Source of the DNA: Acidimicrobiales bacterium
GTDB lineage: Bacteria > Actinomycetota > Acidimicrobiia > Acidimicrobiales > RAAP-2
Assembly (NCBI GenBank): GCA_035937595.1
Contig: DASZHS010000001.1
Location: 1,800-65,799, forward strand
DNA length: 64,000 nt
Direction: 5' to 3'
Numbering within the stretch: the stretch's first letter is position 1; every line of letters starts with the position of its first letter. A program made the translations under genes and the position numbers. This document shows, piece after piece, positions 61,641 through 64,000 of this stretch. The notes under the pieces are model-generated. The model saw nothing but the letters and a program-made list of their open reading frames with translations. It was not told where the DNA came from and did no database searches.

Positions 61641-62207
61641 CTAGCCCCTCGTCCGCTTAACGTTCGCCTTCGCGAGGACGTCGGCGGGCACGCCCATCGA
61701 GCGGAAGGCCGAATAGGAGATCCCGCGCCGGGCGGCATAGCCCTTTGCGACCGAGGTGAATTCCTTCTCCAGCGCGGAGAGGTCGGCGCGGGTCTCCAGT
61801 CGGGCCTTCTCGATCTCGAGGTTCATGCGCTCCTGGGTGAGCTCCAGCTGCTGCATCGGCGAGGCGTCGTCGAACGTCCTCGAAATCTTGGAAAGGCGCG
61901 CCTCGATCGACGACGGCGTGCGCTTGCGGCCACGCTTCCCTCTGCCGGCTTTCAGGGCGTCGAGATACTTGTTAATCGCACGCGATTCCCTGCGTCCCTG
62001 GGCCAACGCCGCCTTGTGGGCCGCGGACATGCCGCGCGGCTTCGCCGGGGCCTTCCTTACCGTCTTCTTCGCCGCGGTCTTCGCGGGCGTCCTCGCGGCT
62101 CTCTTCGCGGCCGGCTTCGCGGTGGACTTCGTTGCTGCACGGGGCACTGGACTACATCCTTTGTTGGGAGACCGTCCACCATAGACCGAGGTTGCGGTGC
62201 CCTCCAA
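61641..62207 (-). CDS. Lys/Ala-rich basic protein (histone-H1-tail-like N-terminus, coiled-coil centre); putative nucleoid-associated protein
   Basis: 188-aa ORF. The N-terminus reads AATKSTAKPAAKRAARTPAKTAAKKTVRKAPAKPRG. The centre is a heptad-like EIEKARLE... The C-terminus reads YAARRGISYSAFRSMGVPADVLAKA. The start is uncertain. The local GC is lower than in the flanks. Confidence 0.6.
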   Translation of the reverse strand: MEGTATSVYGGRSPNKGCSPVPRAATKSTAKPAAKRAARTPAKTAAKKTVRKAPAKPRGMSAAHKAALAQGRRESRAINKYLDALKAGRGKRGRKRTPSSIEARLSKISRTFDDASPMQQLELTQERMNLEIEKARLETRADLSALEKEFTSVAKGYAARRGISYSAFRSMGVPADVLAKANVKRTRG

Positions 62208-62361
62208 ATCACCGATGTCGCGTCATCGGCACGTCGTTGCATCGGCCAATTGGCACATGGCCTTCATGTGCAATGCGCCACGCGTGATGCACGCTGCGGA
62301 TGCTCCGATCCCGACGCGTCGAGGGAGCGGGCGCCGATGGCGGCGTTGGTACTGTGCAGCC

Positions 62362-64000
62362 ATGGCGACGGTCGCGGCACGCCACCGTGCCCTGGGCCTC
62401 TCCGACGAGGAGCTCGCCGAGATCACCCGCGTGCTCGACCGGCCGCCGAACGACCTCGAGCTCGCGCTGTTCGGCGTCATGTGGTCGGAGCACTGCTCGT
62501 ACAAGTCGTCGCGCATCCACCTGTCCCGCCTTCCCACGGACGGCGACCGCGTGCTCGTCGGACCCGGCGAGAACGCCGGCGTCATCGACGCCGGCGGCGG
62601 CGTCGCGGTGGCGGTGCGGATCGAGTCGCACAACCACCCGTCGGCGATCGAGCCGCACCAGGGGGCGGCCACGGGGGTCGGCGGCATCCTGCGCGACATC
62701 TTCACGATGGGCGCGCGCCCGCTGTGCGTGCTGGACCCCCTCTTCTTCGGCCGGCTCGACACGCCCCGGCAGCGCTGGCTCTTCGACGGCGTGGTCGGGG
62801 GCATCTCGAGCTACGGCAACTCGGTCGGTGTCCCAACGGTCGGCGGCGAGCTGACCTTCGACCCCTGCTACGAGGGGAATCCGCTCGTGAACGTCCTGTG
62901 CCTCGGGGCGCTGCCCACCGAGCGGCTCGTGCTCGGGCGGGCGAGCGGCGTCGGGAACCTCGCCGTGCTGCTCGGGGCCTCGACGGGGCGGGACGGGATC
63001 GGCGGGGTGTCCGTGCTCGCCTCGGCCGGCCTCGGCGCGAACGGTCGCGACGACGACAAGCGGCCGTCCGTCCAGGTCGGCGACCCCTACGAGGAGAAGC
63101 GCCTCATCGAGGCGTGCCTCGAGCTGCTCGACCGGTCCCTCGTCGTCGGGATCCAGGACCTCGGAGGTGCGGGCCTCGCCTGCGCCACGAGCGAGACCGC
63201 GGCACGGGCCGGCCTCGGGATGGACGTCGACGTCGCCGCGGTCCCGCGTCGCGAGGAGGGGATGGTGCCCGCCGAGGTGATGACGTCGGAGAGCCAGGAG
63301 CGCATGCTCGCGATCGTCACCCCCGAGAGCGTGGACGACGTGGCCGAGGTGTGCCGCCGCTGGGAGGTCGCCGCCACGGTCGTCGGCCGTGTCACCGCGC
63401 CGTCGGGTGCGAACGGCCACGTTCCGCTGGGCCTCCTCCGCGTCCGCGACGGGTTGGAGGGCCCGGTCCTCGCCGAGGTCCCCGCTGCCGCGCTCGCCGA
63501 CGACGCCCCGCGCTACGACCGTGCGCGCCGCCGTCCGACGGACCTCGACGCGTGCCGTGCCGACGATCCGACCGGCGACGAGCACCGCGGCTCGTGCCGC
63601 GAGGACCTCCTCGGCCTCGTCGTCGACCCGTCGTGGGTCTACCGCCAGTACGACCACCAGCTGTTCTTGAACACGGTCGTCGGGCCCGGCGGCGACGCCG
63701 CCCTCCTGCGGCTCTGCGGGCCGGGGCTGCCCTCGACCGATCGCGGCGTCGCGATCACGACGGACTCGAACCCACGAGCCTGTGCACTCGACCCGAGGGG
63801 CGGCACGGCCCTCGTGCTGGCGGAGTCCATCGCGAACCTCGCGTGCGTCGGGGTGGCGCCGACCGCCGTCGTCAACTGCCTCAACTTCGGGAACCCGGAG
63901 CACGCGTCGGTGATGTGGCAGCTCGCCGAGTGCGTCGACGGGCTCGCCGAGGCGTGCCGCGCCTTCGGCCTGCCGGTGGTCGGTGGGAACGTCTCGCTGT
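62362..64000 (+). CDS. purL: FGAM synthase subunit PurL (5' part; runs off the right edge)
   Basis: Hand translation from ATG at 62362 gives MATVAARHRALGLSDEELAEITRVLDRPPNDLELALFGVMWSEHCSYKSS...VRIESHNHPSAIEP. It is open to the window end, so it is absent from the ORF track. Confidence 0.93.
   Translation, partial: MATVAARHRALGLSDEELAEITRVLDRPPNDLELALFGVMWSEHCSYKSSRIHLSRLPTDGDRVLVGPGENAGVIDAGGGVAVAVRIESHNHPSAIEPHQGAATGVGGILRDIFTMGARPLCVLDPLFFGRLDTPRQRWLFDGVVGGISSYGNSVGVPTVGGELTFDPCYEGNPLVNVLCLGALPTERLVLGRASGVGNLAVLLGASTGRDGIGGVSVLASAGLGANGRDDDKRPSVQVGDPYEEKRLIEACLELLDRSLVVGIQDLGGAGLACATSETAARAGLGMDVDVAAVPRREEGMVPAEVMTSESQERMLAIVTPESVDDVAEVCRRWEVAATVVGRVTAPSGANGHVPLGLLRVRDGLEGPVLAEVPAAALADDAPRYDRARRRPTDLDACRADDPTGDEHRGSCREDLLGLVVDPSWVYRQYDHQLFLNTVVGPGGDAALLRLCGPGLPSTDRGVAITTDSNPRACALDPRGGTALVLAESIANLACVGVAPTAVVNCLNFGNPEHASVMWQLAECVDGLAEACRAFGLPVVGGNVSL

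Overview
This is a high-GC chromosomal segment with Actinomycetota-type gene content and synteny: PadR-ino1, DUF5318, rpsF-ssb-rpsR-rplI-dnaB, dnaK-grpE-dnaJ-hspR, a mycothiol/DinB-type enzyme and amt-glnK. I call about 62 protein genes (two truncated by the window edges) and one tRNA-Gly(CCC). I see no rRNA, CRISPR array, transposase, integrase or recognisable defence system. Most of the window is core housekeeping, often chained by 4-nt start/stop overlaps (ATGA/GTGA). This includes a six-gene purA-purD-purB-purC-purS-purQ chain and a five-gene dnaK-grpE-dnaJ-hspR-clpB chain. Most long ORFs in the six-frame track are Arg/Pro/Gly-rich antisense or out-of-frame artefacts of the GC content. Three places deserve a second look. 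(1) A branched-chain 2-oxoacid dehydrogenase operon (E1a-E1b-E2) is translationally coupled to a Fe(II)/2OG oxygenase and a clear formaldehyde-activating-enzyme (Fae) homologue, which is an unexpected combination in this lineage. (2) A roughly 3.9-kb stretch between lon and tRNA-Gly is visibly lower in GC and bracketed by copies of the tRNA 3' end. It encodes only three secreted, Cys-rich proteins of unknown function: one is a 6-7-fold Cys-pair repeat (propeller-like) and one has an EXORDIUM/PHI-1-like motif. (3) A bla-like hydrolase and a divergently oriented Lys/Ala-rich histone-H1-like protein are inserted between purQ and purL. All family assignments come from motif recognition by eye, since no database search could be run. 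Start codons were chosen by frame arithmetic plus SD or overlap logic and may be off.
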